NCBI GenBank assembly: GCA_964360675.1
Contig: CAYHXT010000001.1
Span: forward strand, 10,491 to 74,490
Source of the DNA: an uncultured Methanosarcinales archaeon
GTDB taxonomy: Archaea > Nanobdellota > Nanobdellia > Woesearchaeales > GW2011-AR9
Length of the DNA stretch: 64,000 nucleotides
Reading direction: 5' to 3'
Under the pieces are notes generated by a model. It did no database searches. It was not told the origin of the DNA and saw only the letters and a list, made by a program, of their open reading frames with translations. Each line of letters opens with the position of its first letter. Positions within the stretch are counted from its first letter, which is position 1. Shown piece after piece: positions 36,136-45,097 of the stretch. A program made the translations under genes and the position numbers.

Positions 36136-38432
36136 AATTTATCCCGGTATGTGAGCCGACGTTGAATGGAAATGAGCTTTCGTATATCATCGATGCGGTA
36201 AAATCAGGCTGGATATCTTCTTCAGGAAAATACCTTCAAGAGTTTGAAGACAAATTCAGCGCTTACTGCGGCGTGAAATATGGCATAAGCTGCGCTAATG
36301 GAACGCTAGCTATCCATCTTGCTTTATTAGCAGTGGGTATCAAGGAAGGTGATGAAGTTATTCTTCCGTCTTTTACCATGATTGGTTCCTGCAATCCGAT
36401 CGTGCAGATCGGAGCAAAGCCGGTATTCATAGATTCCGAATTGCAGACTTGGAATATAGACCCAGCGAAGATAGAAGAGAAAATCACCGCTAAAACCAAA
36501 GCCATAATGGTGGTTCATACCTATGGGCATCCGGTAGATATGGATGCGGTATCAGCTGTTGCCAGAAAACATAATCTGATAGTCATTGAAGACGCGGCCG
36601 AAGCGCATGGGGCTGAATACAAAAGCAGAAAAACCGGTTCTCTTGCAGATATTGCCGCTTTCAGTTTTTATGCTAATAAGATTATCACTTGTTTTCCCCC
36701 CTCCACAAAAATATTAATAGAACCCCCCAAGGGAAATAAGGGATCTAGTCGAATGAAAGATATTAAAGATTTAGAAGTTGGGGATAGTGTGCTTACTTAT
36801 GATATCGATACTTCTGCTAAGGAATATAAGAAAATAACGAGAACCTTTGAAAGAGAGTATCACGAGCAGATGGTTAACCTTTTTTTTTCAAATAATAATA
36901 AGTTATGTATGACTCCAAATCATCCGGTTTATGTTATTAATAAAGGCTGGGTGCCTGCAGAACTATTAAAGATTGGCGACGAGGTGATCCAATATAATTA
37001 TCGCGGACTTGCATACAAAGAAATGCATGCTGGCAAAACTTATGATTCTATCATGGGCAAGGAAGAAGCCGAAAAGAAGCGTAGAAACCATTCGCTGGCA
37101 ATAAAGCAAAGGCATAAGGACCCCAGATCCGGATATGCACGAATTGATAAGGTTTTAGTAGCTCTAAAAATCGGCAAAGCAAACAAAGGGAAAAAACGTT
37201 CTGAAGCTCAAAAAAAGAGATTACATAATTCTCAGTTATTGCGATGGGAAATGATGAGCCCAGATAAATACCAAGAATTCTGTAAAAAGATGAACCTAAT
37301 CAATTCCAATCCAGAAATTAGACTGAGAAAGAGTGCAGTTGCTAAAAAATTGGTCCAAGATCCGGAATATATTAAGCGTGTGAGTGCTGGTGTGAAAAAA
37401 GCTATGCAGAAAGAGTCTTATTGGAAAAATTATGCCAAGGGAATGAATTTTAAACCAAACAAACCGGAACAACTCCTCCTTACCTTTCTGGAGGCGCATT
37501 TCCCAGGAGAATTCGGATATAATGGCGACTATCGGTTAGGAGTAAGAATTGACAGGCTTATCCCAGACTTTGTACATATAAAAGGAAAAAAGAAAGTTAT
37601 AGACCTTCTCGGGAGTTATTGGCATACCAAAGATGAATTCTTTACACGGAGTAAAAGATATAAAAAATACGGCTATGATTGTCTTATTTTGTGGGAGCAA
37701 GAACTGAAAAATAAAGAAATGTTGAAGGAGAGAATTAAGACCTTTATTTATAACCCAAATATCAAGATTGTGAAAGTCGCAAAAATCACCACAAAAGAGT
37801 ATACTGGTAAAGTTTATAATCTAGAAACTGAAAAAAACCATAATTATTTTGCGCATGGCATTCTAGTTCATAACTGTGGAGAAGGGGGCATGGTCGTTAC
37901 CAATAATGAGCAGTGGGCAGAAAGAGCGCGAAAATTGCGAAACCATTTCTTTGGCGAGCCGCGATTTTTACATCAGGAAGTAGGATATAATTATCGGCTC
38001 ACTAATATGCAGGCAGCCATCGGATTGGCGCAGCTGGAAAAGATAGAATACTATGTTGATTCCAGAAGGAGAAATGCCCAATTGTACAATTCCTTGCTGA
38101 AAGATGTTCCCGGAATAATCCTGCCTCCAGAAGCATCCTGGGTCAAGAATGTGTATTGGATGTACGGCGTTTTATTAAATAATGATTTTCCATTGACCAT
38201 GCCGCAATTGAGAGAAGAGTTGCAGAAGAAAGGCGTTGAAACGAGAACTTTTTTTATAGGCATGCATAAACAGCCGGCATACAAAGAGCTGGGCGTTAAC
38301 GGCGAATTTCCTAATGCAGAATATCTAGGAGAGAATGGTTTTTATCTGCCGTCTTCCAGCCATTTGACTGAGGAACAGATTAGGTATATTACGGCGACCA
38401 TTAAGCAAATTTATGAGGAGCATAAAAAATGA
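36132..38432 (+). CDS. DegT/DnrJ/EryC1/ArnB-family PLP-dependent sugar aminotransferase, interrupted by a 395-aa intein
   Basis: N-extein: MKFIPVCEPTLNGNELSYIIDAVKSGWISSSGKYLQEFEDKFSAYCG...AAFSFYANKIIT. C-extein: CGEGGMVVTNNEQWAERARKLRNH. ArnB-like enzymes have the contiguous motif SF(H/Y)xxKxIT-C-xEGG. Combined extein length is 371 aa, the normal family size. Confidence 0.8.
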   Translation: MKFIPVCEPTLNGNELSYIIDAVKSGWISSSGKYLQEFEDKFSAYCGVKYGISCANGTLAIHLALLAVGIKEGDEVILPSFTMIGSCNPIVQIGAKPVFIDSELQTWNIDPAKIEEKITAKTKAIMVVHTYGHPVDMDAVSAVARKHNLIVIEDAAEAHGAEYKSRKTGSLADIAAFSFYANKIITCFPPSTKILIEPPKGNKGSSRMKDIKDLEVGDSVLTYDIDTSAKEYKKITRTFEREYHEQMVNLFFSNNNKLCMTPNHPVYVINKGWVPAELLKIGDEVIQYNYRGLAYKEMHAGKTYDSIMGKEEAEKKRRNHSLAIKQRHKDPRSGYARIDKVLVALKIGKANKGKKRSEAQKKRLHNSQLLRWEMMSPDKYQEFCKKMNLINSNPEIRLRKSAVAKKLVQDPEYIKRVSAGVKKAMQKESYWKNYAKGMNFKPNKPEQLLLTFLEAHFPGEFGYNGDYRLGVRIDRLIPDFVHIKGKKKVIDLLGSYWHTKDEFFTRSKRYKKYGYDCLILWEQELKNKEMLKERIKTFIYNPNIKIVKVAKITTKEYTGKVYNLETEKNHNYFAHGILVHNCGEGGMVVTNNEQWAERARKLRNHFFGEPRFLHQEVGYNYRLTNMQAAIGLAQLEKIEYYVDSRRRNAQLYNSLLKDVPGIILPPEASWVKNVYWMYGVLLNNDFPLTMPQLREELQKKGVETRTFFIGMHKQPAYKELGVNGEFPNAEYLGENGFYLPSSSHLTEEQIRYITATIKQIYEEHKK
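36690..37874 (+). mobile_element. intein (Hint domain with embedded DUF559/Vsr-like PD-(D/E)XK endonuclease and NUMOD3-like DNA-binding repeats)
   Basis: Begins with Cys (CFPPSTKIL...). Block B TxxH-like NHPVY. Ends ...GILVHN followed by +1 Cys. Internal KRRNHSLAIKQRHK and GKKRSEAQKKRL (NUMOD3-like). IPDFVHIKGKKKVIDLLGSYWH...YGYDCLILWE is a DUF559/Vsr-like pattern. Confidence 0.7.
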
Positions 38433-39145
38433 AAATAAAAAGCGATGTTTCAGTGGTCCTCCCCTCGTATAATGAACGAGAAAATATTGTGGAAGCGATT
38501 GAACGGATTTCTGAAGCGGTCGGTTCTCGACTGAAAGAGATTGTCATTGTGGATGATAATAGTCCCGATGAGACCTGGAAAGTTGTTGAGGAATACGGGC
38601 ATCCTAAAGTACGGCTTATTCGGCGGATGGGGGAGAAAGGGTTGGCTTCGGCATTAGATGATGGAATACAAGCAGCAGAAGGGAGTATCGTTGTTTGGAT
38701 GGATTGTGATTTGGGGCTTTCTCCGGAAGAGATTCCTTCCTTAGTAAATCAATTAGATAACCATGATGTGGCGATAGCTTCACGATATGTTAAAGGGGGA
38801 AAAGATCCACGGCCATTTTTTAGAGTATCATTAAGTATAGCAATTAATGCTTTTTGTATCCTTTTATTGGGTTGGGGTGTGCGTGACTACACGTCTGGAT
38901 TTGCTGCGGTAAAGAAAGATGTTTTTGATAAGATATCCTTCTCTCGTTATGGTTTTGGGGAATATTTCATAGATTTTGCTTATAAGGCAAAAAAAAATAA
39001 ATTTAGGATCATTGAAGTCCCCTGTGCATACAATATTCGTCTAGGGGGCGTGTCCAAATCTGATGGAGATATTCGAACATTGTTGGGCTTAGGGAAGGAT
39101 TATGGTCTTAGGGCAATAAGATTAAGACTTGGACTGCAAAAATGA
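38429..39145 (+). CDS. GT2 glycosyltransferase (ArnC/DPM1-like polyprenyl-phosphate aminosugar synthase candidate)
   Basis: VSVVLPSYNERENI, VDDNSPDET and a DxD-like DCD motif. 238 aa. ATGA overlap with the upstream gene. Confidence 0.7.
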   Translation: MKIKSDVSVVLPSYNERENIVEAIERISEAVGSRLKEIVIVDDNSPDETWKVVEEYGHPKVRLIRRMGEKGLASALDDGIQAAEGSIVVWMDCDLGLSPEEIPSLVNQLDNHDVAIASRYVKGGKDPRPFFRVSLSIAINAFCILLLGWGVRDYTSGFAAVKKDVFDKISFSRYGFGEYFIDFAYKAKKNKFRIIEVPCAYNIRLGGVSKSDGDIRTLLGLGKDYGLRAIRLRLGLQK

Positions 39146-39525
39146 ATCTTAGCTCGGAGTTAAAGAAAGATTTATTCCGCTATGTCAAATTTTTATTCGG
39201 CGGCGGGTTAAGCCTGCTGTTGAATCTGCTTATAACTTACTCGCTGACGGAATTCCTGCAGTTATGGCATATGCTTTCATTCGGCATCGCGTTAGGATGC
39301 GAAATCCTGTTTCTTTTTGTATATCATTCTTATGTCACTTTCAGGAAGGATGGCAAATTTTTGGTTTTTGCTTTAGTGGTCTTGTTTATAAGCGGCCTGA
39401 ACTGGATGTTTGTATATCTGCTGACGGAATTACTGGGTGTTCCTTATTTATATGCGATTGTAGTTTCTGCTGCGGCGATCTCTGTGCTGAACTATGGATT
39501 AAATAAGAAGATCGTGTTCAAATGA
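39142..39525 (+). CDS. GtrA-family small membrane protein (lipid-linked sugar flippase candidate)
   Basis: 127 aa with 4 TM helices. KFLFGGGLS N-terminal motif typical of GtrA. Coupled to the upstream GT2. Confidence 0.6.
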   Translation: MNLSSELKKDLFRYVKFLFGGGLSLLLNLLITYSLTEFLQLWHMLSFGIALGCEILFLFVYHSYVTFRKDGKFLVFALVVLFISGLNWMFVYLLTELLGVPYLYAIVVSAAAISVLNYGLNKKIVFK

Positions 39526-39569
39526 ATTTTTAGGAAATCTTTTTAAACGGGGCGTGTTTTGCAAAATAT

Positions 39570-40400
39570 ATGTTAGAAGTTACATTACTAAAAATAGCAC
39601 ACGGTACAGCAGAAGATGCTAAAAAAATGTTTCCTTATTTGAGGGATTGCCATGTGTATTCGCAGGAAAATGCATTAGCCTCAGAGGAAAGGGCAGTACT
39701 TTGTGAGAATGAACACGAGGATGATCTTTCCTCGAATGAAAAAAAAGAAAACTTCTTTAAAGAAGTGAATAAACTTCTCAAATATAGAACATCAAATCTT
39801 GAGCATATTTATGAGCATTTTGATATTGAAGAAACGAGATTTCTTTTCGATAAAAATATCCCTTTGTGGCATCTGGAACGATTTACTACAGAAAAAGCTA
39901 AAGCACTTAAAGTAAGATTAAATAAAATTGAAGACAAAATGAATGAGGCATTTACAAACCTACTCAATGGTAAAATTGATTTATATCTAAAAGATGTAGC
40001 CTTTTATTTTAATGGCATGAGCGAGATTACTATAGCTAGAGACCAGGAAATTGCTAGAAATATTGTAGAAGCTGAAGATCGTATTCGACAGAGATATCCT
40101 TTGCTTAGAAATGTCGACCCTTTAAGATTAATGGGAAGCATAGGTCACCTACACACACCGGAAGAAGTTACTTCGAGAGTTAAAGTAATTCTTATTGAGA
40201 ATTACGATCATGATTTATTCTGTTCTCTCATGTCTAATTACATACGTTCTAAAAAGACAGAGGAGACATTTACGGATGAGCCTGCTCTTCTTAGGTTTGG
40301 ATTATATGGTCTTGATTGTACAAAAGAATATATTGAAAAGCTGAGTGATCAGAAGCTTTTCGAAGCCCTTTATAATGTAGTAGCTTCTGGAAGAAGATAA
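39570..40400 (+). CDS. hypothetical protein, no recognisable motif
   Basis: 276 aa ORF in an operonic position. Charged and helical, no TM. Confidence 0.35.
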   Translation: MLEVTLLKIAHGTAEDAKKMFPYLRDCHVYSQENALASEERAVLCENEHEDDLSSNEKKENFFKEVNKLLKYRTSNLEHIYEHFDIEETRFLFDKNIPLWHLERFTTEKAKALKVRLNKIEDKMNEAFTNLLNGKIDLYLKDVAFYFNGMSEITIARDQEIARNIVEAEDRIRQRYPLLRNVDPLRLMGSIGHLHTPEEVTSRVKVILIENYDHDLFCSLMSNYIRSKKTEETFTDEPALLRFGLYGLDCTKEYIEKLSDQKLFEALYNVVASGRR

Positions 40401-40429
40401 TACTGACTGCTCTTTAACAATCTTTTTAA

Positions 40430-42673
40430 ATGGGAATTGTCTCTGAAAAAACCATGTCCGAAGTTCCTCAGACTTATACCACCAGAACTACCTGCAGGGT
40501 ATGCTATTCTCCCAAATTGGTTCCTCTTTTTTCTTTAGGGATGCAGTATATCAACAATTTCATCAATAAAGAAGATTTGCATAAGTGCGGGAGAGCTCCT
40601 CTGGAGATGGTCTTGTGCGAAAATTGCACTTTAGTGCAGCTGCGGCATACCGCCCCTCAGGAATTGCTGTATGCACGCTTCTACTGGTATAAGTCCGGAA
40701 TCACCGATACCATGAAGAAAGCTCTGCGGGACATTACCGAAAAAACAGAGAAAATGTTTAATCTTAAGGCCGGCGATGTAGTGCTGGACATAGGCTCCAA
40801 TGACGGAACTCTGTTGCGTTCTTTTCAGGTTCCCGGCTTAGTTACCGTAGGCGTTGAACCCGCAAACAATCTGGCAGAGGAAGGGAGCAAGGGCATAACT
40901 CATTTCATCCACGATTTCTGGACGTTAGACAGTTATTGGAAGACAGTGGGAAGGAAAGCGAAAGTGGTGACTGCCATCGGCATGTTTTATGATATGGAAG
41001 ATCCTAATCAGTTTGTCGCTGATGCTGCGAATGCCTTGACTGATGATGGTGTTTTTATTGCGCAGTTGATGTGCTTAAAGAATATGCTGGACAGCAATGA
41101 TGTCGGAAATATCTGCCATGAGCATCTGGAATATTATTCTTTCAAGTCGCTGGAATATTTATTCAACAAGAATGGATTGGAAATAATTGATGTTGAAATC
41201 AACTATGTAAATGGCGGGAGCTACCGCATTTACGGCAGGAAGATTGGTGCGCATACGCGGCCGGCGGAAGGGGCAGCAGAAAGGATACAGAAAGTAAGAG
41301 ATTCCGAAAAAGGATTTGAGCGGAAAGAAGTGTATTTAGATTTCTTCAACCGCCTTGAAGAGAACAAGAAAAGGTGTGTTGATTTTATCAAGCAAGAAAC
41401 CGCTAAAGGCAAGAAAGTATGGGTATATGGTGCTTCTACCAAAGGCAATGTAATATTACAATATTATGGTTTGGGTCCTGAATTGATCCAAGGCGCTTCT
41501 GAAAGAAGCTCATTCAAGTGGGGGAAATATACCGTCGGTTCGATGATCCCTATTTATTCAGAAGAAGAGGCGCGAAAAGCGCAGCCGGATTATTTTTTAG
41601 TCCTTCCCTATGCATTCTTTAATGAATTTTACGATAGAGAAGAAGAGTGGCGAAAGAAAGGCGGGAAATTTATTGTGCCGCTGCCAGAGTTCAGGATAGC
41701 TCCTGCGAAAAAAGGGCTGGTGCTTGGAATTACCGGACAAGACGGCTCGTATTTGGCTGAAGTATTGCTTTCTAAAGGTTACGAAGTTCATGGATTTATC
41801 CGGCGTTCCGCTACCGGCAATACCAAGAATATCGATCATTTGATGGATAAAATTACTTTGCATAGGGGCGATTTGGCTGATGCGACTTCCCTGTATAGAG
41901 TCATAGCCAAAGTCATGCCTGATGAGATTTACAACGAAGCGGATCAGGATCATGTCAGCTGGAGTTATGACGGCGTAGGATACAGCTGCGATATTACTGG
42001 GGCGGCAGTCGGCAGAATTTTAGAGACTATCAAGCAGATTAATCCTAAGATAAAATATTTCCAGCCGGTTTCTTCTAACATGTTTGGCAAGGCAGACAAT
42101 CCGCAGACGGAAGAAACTTATCTGCGTCCGCAAAGCCCCTATGCCTGCGCCAAAGCATTCGCTTATTTACTTTGCAGATATTATCGCGATGTCTTTGGCA
42201 TGCATGTATCTACAGGAATCTTTTACAATCATGAATCTCCGCGAAGGACGGAGGAATATGTTACTCGTAAGATAACCATGGGCGCCGCCAGAATTAAATT
42301 GGGGCTGCAGCAGAAATTATCTCTCGGCAATCTTGATCTGAAGATCGATTTTGGCTATGCGCGGGAATACATGGAAGCGGCGTGGAGCATCATGCAATTG
42401 GATAAGCCGGACGATTTTATCATCTGTACTGAAGAATTACATTCGGTCAAAGAATGGCTGGAAGAGGCGTTTAATGCATTAGGATTGAAAGCTTCTGATT
42501 ATGTAGAGTTTGATCCAAGGTTTGCCAGGCCTTCCACTACTTCGCCTTTGTTGGGAAGCAATTTCAAGGCGCGGGAGAAGTTCGGATTTGATCCAAAGGT
42601 TAGATTTAAAGAATTAGTGAAATTGATGGTAGAGCATGATCTGAAGCTGGTGGGAGAAGAGAGGAAGAAGTGA
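40430..42673 (+). CDS. fusion: NDP-hexose C-methyltransferase (TylCIII-like, Zn-ribbon + class I MTase) + GDP-mannose 4,6-dehydratase
   Basis: N-terminus: TCRVCYSPKLVPLF...CENCTLVQL (4-Cys zinc ribbon of C3-methyltransferases), then VLDIGSNDGTL. C-terminal 330 aa: GLVLGITGQDGSYLAEVLLSKGYEVHGFIRRS and later YACAKAFAY (YxxxK), the Gmd hallmarks. Confidence 0.65.
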   Translation: MGIVSEKTMSEVPQTYTTRTTCRVCYSPKLVPLFSLGMQYINNFINKEDLHKCGRAPLEMVLCENCTLVQLRHTAPQELLYARFYWYKSGITDTMKKALRDITEKTEKMFNLKAGDVVLDIGSNDGTLLRSFQVPGLVTVGVEPANNLAEEGSKGITHFIHDFWTLDSYWKTVGRKAKVVTAIGMFYDMEDPNQFVADAANALTDDGVFIAQLMCLKNMLDSNDVGNICHEHLEYYSFKSLEYLFNKNGLEIIDVEINYVNGGSYRIYGRKIGAHTRPAEGAAERIQKVRDSEKGFERKEVYLDFFNRLEENKKRCVDFIKQETAKGKKVWVYGASTKGNVILQYYGLGPELIQGASERSSFKWGKYTVGSMIPIYSEEEARKAQPDYFLVLPYAFFNEFYDREEEWRKKGGKFIVPLPEFRIAPAKKGLVLGITGQDGSYLAEVLLSKGYEVHGFIRRSATGNTKNIDHLMDKITLHRGDLADATSLYRVIAKVMPDEIYNEADQDHVSWSYDGVGYSCDITGAAVGRILETIKQINPKIKYFQPVSSNMFGKADNPQTEETYLRPQSPYACAKAFAYLLCRYYRDVFGMHVSTGIFYNHESPRRTEEYVTRKITMGAARIKLGLQQKLSLGNLDLKIDFGYAREYMEAAWSIMQLDKPDDFIICTEELHSVKEWLEEAFNALGLKASDYVEFDPRFARPSTTSPLLGSNFKAREKFGFDPKVRFKELVKLMVEHDLKLVGEERKK

Positions 42674-42674
42674 C

Positions 42675-43274
42675 TTATAATGTATTCTCTTTTTCTAACC
42701 AAATTTTAAACTCTTTTGCATTCGTAAAATGAAATGATTTTATCCCTAAGCTTTCAGCGGCGTTTACATTTTCTATCCTGTCGTCAACAAAGATGATATC
42801 TTTAGCGTTCAGATCCGTTTTTTGGAAAAGGTAATTGTATATTTTTGGGTCGGGTTTGGCTAAGCCTATCTCTGAAGAAGATAGTATCATTTCAAAATAT
42901 TTTTTTAAATTAAACTTATTTATTCTGTATTCAATCCATTCTTTTACATCGTTGGTCAAAGCGAAAAGCTGAAAATGATTTTTCAATCCTGCTAAAATAG
43001 TAAGCATTTCTTGATTAATAACATCGGAATCTCTAATAATGTCCTTTATCTCCTGTAGTGAGATGGGCAGTTGGTGTGTTGAAATCAGCTCCCCGAAGAA
43101 CCCATCTTCCGATATTTTACCGATAATTATTTGTTCCCTTCGTTCAAACCAAAACTCCTGTAATTTAGATGGTTCAATTCCTATCTGCCTGGCTAATTTT
43201 TCCCTGCCTTCATACGAAGCGGCATTCGATGAAAAGATTACTCCTCCTAAATCAAATACGATGGCTTTGAGCAT
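42675..43274 (-). CDS. HAD-superfamily hydrolase (subfamily IA phosphatase-like)
   Basis: MLKAIVFDLGGVIF motif I (DxG) and a C-terminal IFVDDRIEN motif IV. Confidence 0.7.
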   Translation of the reverse strand: MLKAIVFDLGGVIFSSNAASYEGREKLARQIGIEPSKLQEFWFERREQIIIGKISEDGFFGELISTHQLPISLQEIKDIIRDSDVINQEMLTILAGLKNHFQLFALTNDVKEWIEYRINKFNLKKYFEMILSSSEIGLAKPDPKIYNYLFQKTDLNAKDIIFVDDRIENVNAAESLGIKSFHFTNAKEFKIWLEKENTL

Positions 43275-43275
43275 T

Positions 43276-43851
43276 TTACCTTCTCTTGAAAGGTTCTAAT
43301 CCTAACTCGGATACAACTTTATCCGGTGAATCTGAGAAATTGAATGAATAGGGTTCTAATTTAACTCCATATTCGCAAAATAACCCTTTTAATAGTAAGC
43401 TTCTTTTATATCGTAATTCTAAATCTGTCGTTCTCAAACCATCATCTTCTACTTGTAAATTAAAATTTAGGGGTAAGTAAATAATCTTATCATAATATTT
43501 TTCTTCAACCATTCTACGCATGGAATCTCTTACTCTCTGATGTTGTCCGGGAGTCGCTCCCTGCCACATATTAGCGAACCATCTTGCTCCATAATCCAAA
43601 AAACATTTATCTGCAATATAACTCTCCCGTTGCGTATGTTCTTTTATTGCCCTATCTAGGGATACAAAAAACCAATCTATCATTCCGGCATCTCCTTTTA
43701 CTTTATGCAATTCGCGACCGCTTTTGAAGCCTAATTCTGCGATAACCACTTCTTCAATCTCTGGAATATATTCTAAGGTCGTGTGATTGGCTAGAAACCT
43801 TCCGAGAGTAGATTTCCCTGTTCCCTGTACACCGCTGATTACAACTCTCAT
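43276..43851 (-). CDS. P-loop NTPase / small-molecule kinase-like protein
   Basis: MRVVISGVQGTGKSTLGRFL Walker A. 191 aa. Confidence 0.45.
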   Translation of the reverse strand: MRVVISGVQGTGKSTLGRFLANHTTLEYIPEIEEVVIAELGFKSGRELHKVKGDAGMIDWFFVSLDRAIKEHTQRESYIADKCFLDYGARWFANMWQGATPGQHQRVRDSMRRMVEEKYYDKIIYLPLNFNLQVEDDGLRTTDLELRYKRSLLLKGLFCEYGVKLEPYSFNFSDSPDKVVSELGLEPFKRR

Positions 43852-43944
43852 GTAACTTACTTCATTGAATATTTTATAAAGATTATGTTATATTGTTCAA
43901 ATTAACAGTAAAGCTTATTAATATTCTAACAACTTTTTACAAAA

Positions 43945-44409
43945 ATGACCTCACCATTAATCCCAGAAAAATTGTATTCTCAAATCCGCGAACACATGCC
44001 CATTCCTTGCCTGGATTTAGTGCTTTTCCATAAGGGAAAAGTGCTTCTTACTCAGAGAACCCAGGAGCCGGCAAAAGGCCAATGGTGGGTGCAGGGCGGA
44101 AGGATTTTCAAGCACGAGACCTTTGAACAAGCTTTACAACGGTTAGCAAAAAGAGAGATAGGTTCAGAAATAAAAATTATTCGACAGATAGGGGCTTATG
44201 AATTTCATTCTGATAGTGCAAACTTCGATGTAAAAACTGGCACCCATGATGTTGCAGTAGTATTTTTAGCCGCACCGATAAATGATGATTTTGAAATTTC
44301 GTTAGACGAGACCCATTCTAAGCTTAAATGGGTTGGGGACATTGATTCTGATCTGCATCCTTATGTTAAAAGGGTTGTTAACGATTCTGGCGTCTTTAGG
44401 AAGGTATGA
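43945..44409 (+). CDS. Nudix hydrolase, GDP-mannose mannosyl hydrolase-like
   Basis: Nudix box region GGRIFKHETFEQALQRLAKREIG. 154 aa. Adjacent to GDP-mannose pathway genes. Confidence 0.6.
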   Translation: MTSPLIPEKLYSQIREHMPIPCLDLVLFHKGKVLLTQRTQEPAKGQWWVQGGRIFKHETFEQALQRLAKREIGSEIKIIRQIGAYEFHSDSANFDVKTGTHDVAVVFLAAPINDDFEISLDETHSKLKWVGDIDSDLHPYVKRVVNDSGVFRKV

Positions 44410-45097
44410 ATCTTTGGCATGCTTCAAGATATTTTTCCATAGTATCAAGAGGAAACCAGGGCTTTTCATGTATGAAACCGAAGACCTTTCCCATCTGCAC
44501 ATAATTTTCAAAACAAGCAGTGCTCAAAGATGATTTCCCTTCAGGGATAATTTTTAAACATTTTGGGTCAACGATATACGCCCCGATATCTACTATTTTT
44601 GAAGGAGCTTCTTCTCGTGTTGGTTTATTTACAAATTTTATTATCTTATTTCCCTCTAAAACTGTTGAGCCAAAATTTTCTACATCTTCCCTATATGTTA
44701 AGGCCATGACTACTTCAGCTTTCTCCTTTACAAACAACTCATACATCTTAGTCCAATTCAAATCCATTAAACTATCCCCATATATTAAAAAAAATGGTTT
44801 TGTTAGATTTTTAGCAGCCTTCTTGACCGCCCCTCCTGTTCCTAAAGGATAATCTTCTGTTGAATAAGTAATTTTCATGCCTAAATGAGACCCATCTTTA
44901 AAATAATTCTGGATGGTTTCTCCTTTATAATTGATAGAGATAATTAAATTTTCAATATTATGTTTTCGAAGATTTTCAACAATGTAATGAAGAGCTGGTT
45001 TTCCCTTTACGGGGACCATTGGCTTTGGAACATTATCCGTGAGCGGTCTCAGTCTGGTTCCTAATCCACCAGCTACAATAATTGCCGTGTCTATCAT
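44396..45097 (-). CDS. sugar-1-phosphate nucleotidyltransferase (mannose-1-P guanylyltransferase-like)
   Basis: MIDTAIIVAGGLGTRLRPLTDNVPKPM. It is a close paralog of the N-domain of the 30312 gene. Confidence 0.7.
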   Translation of the reverse strand: MIDTAIIVAGGLGTRLRPLTDNVPKPMVPVKGKPALHYIVENLRKHNIENLIISINYKGETIQNYFKDGSHLGMKITYSTEDYPLGTGGAVKKAAKNLTKPFFLIYGDSLMDLNWTKMYELFVKEKAEVVMALTYREDVENFGSTVLEGNKIIKFVNKPTREEAPSKIVDIGAYIVDPKCLKIIPEGKSSLSTACFENYVQMGKVFGFIHEKPWFPLDTMEKYLEACQRFIPS

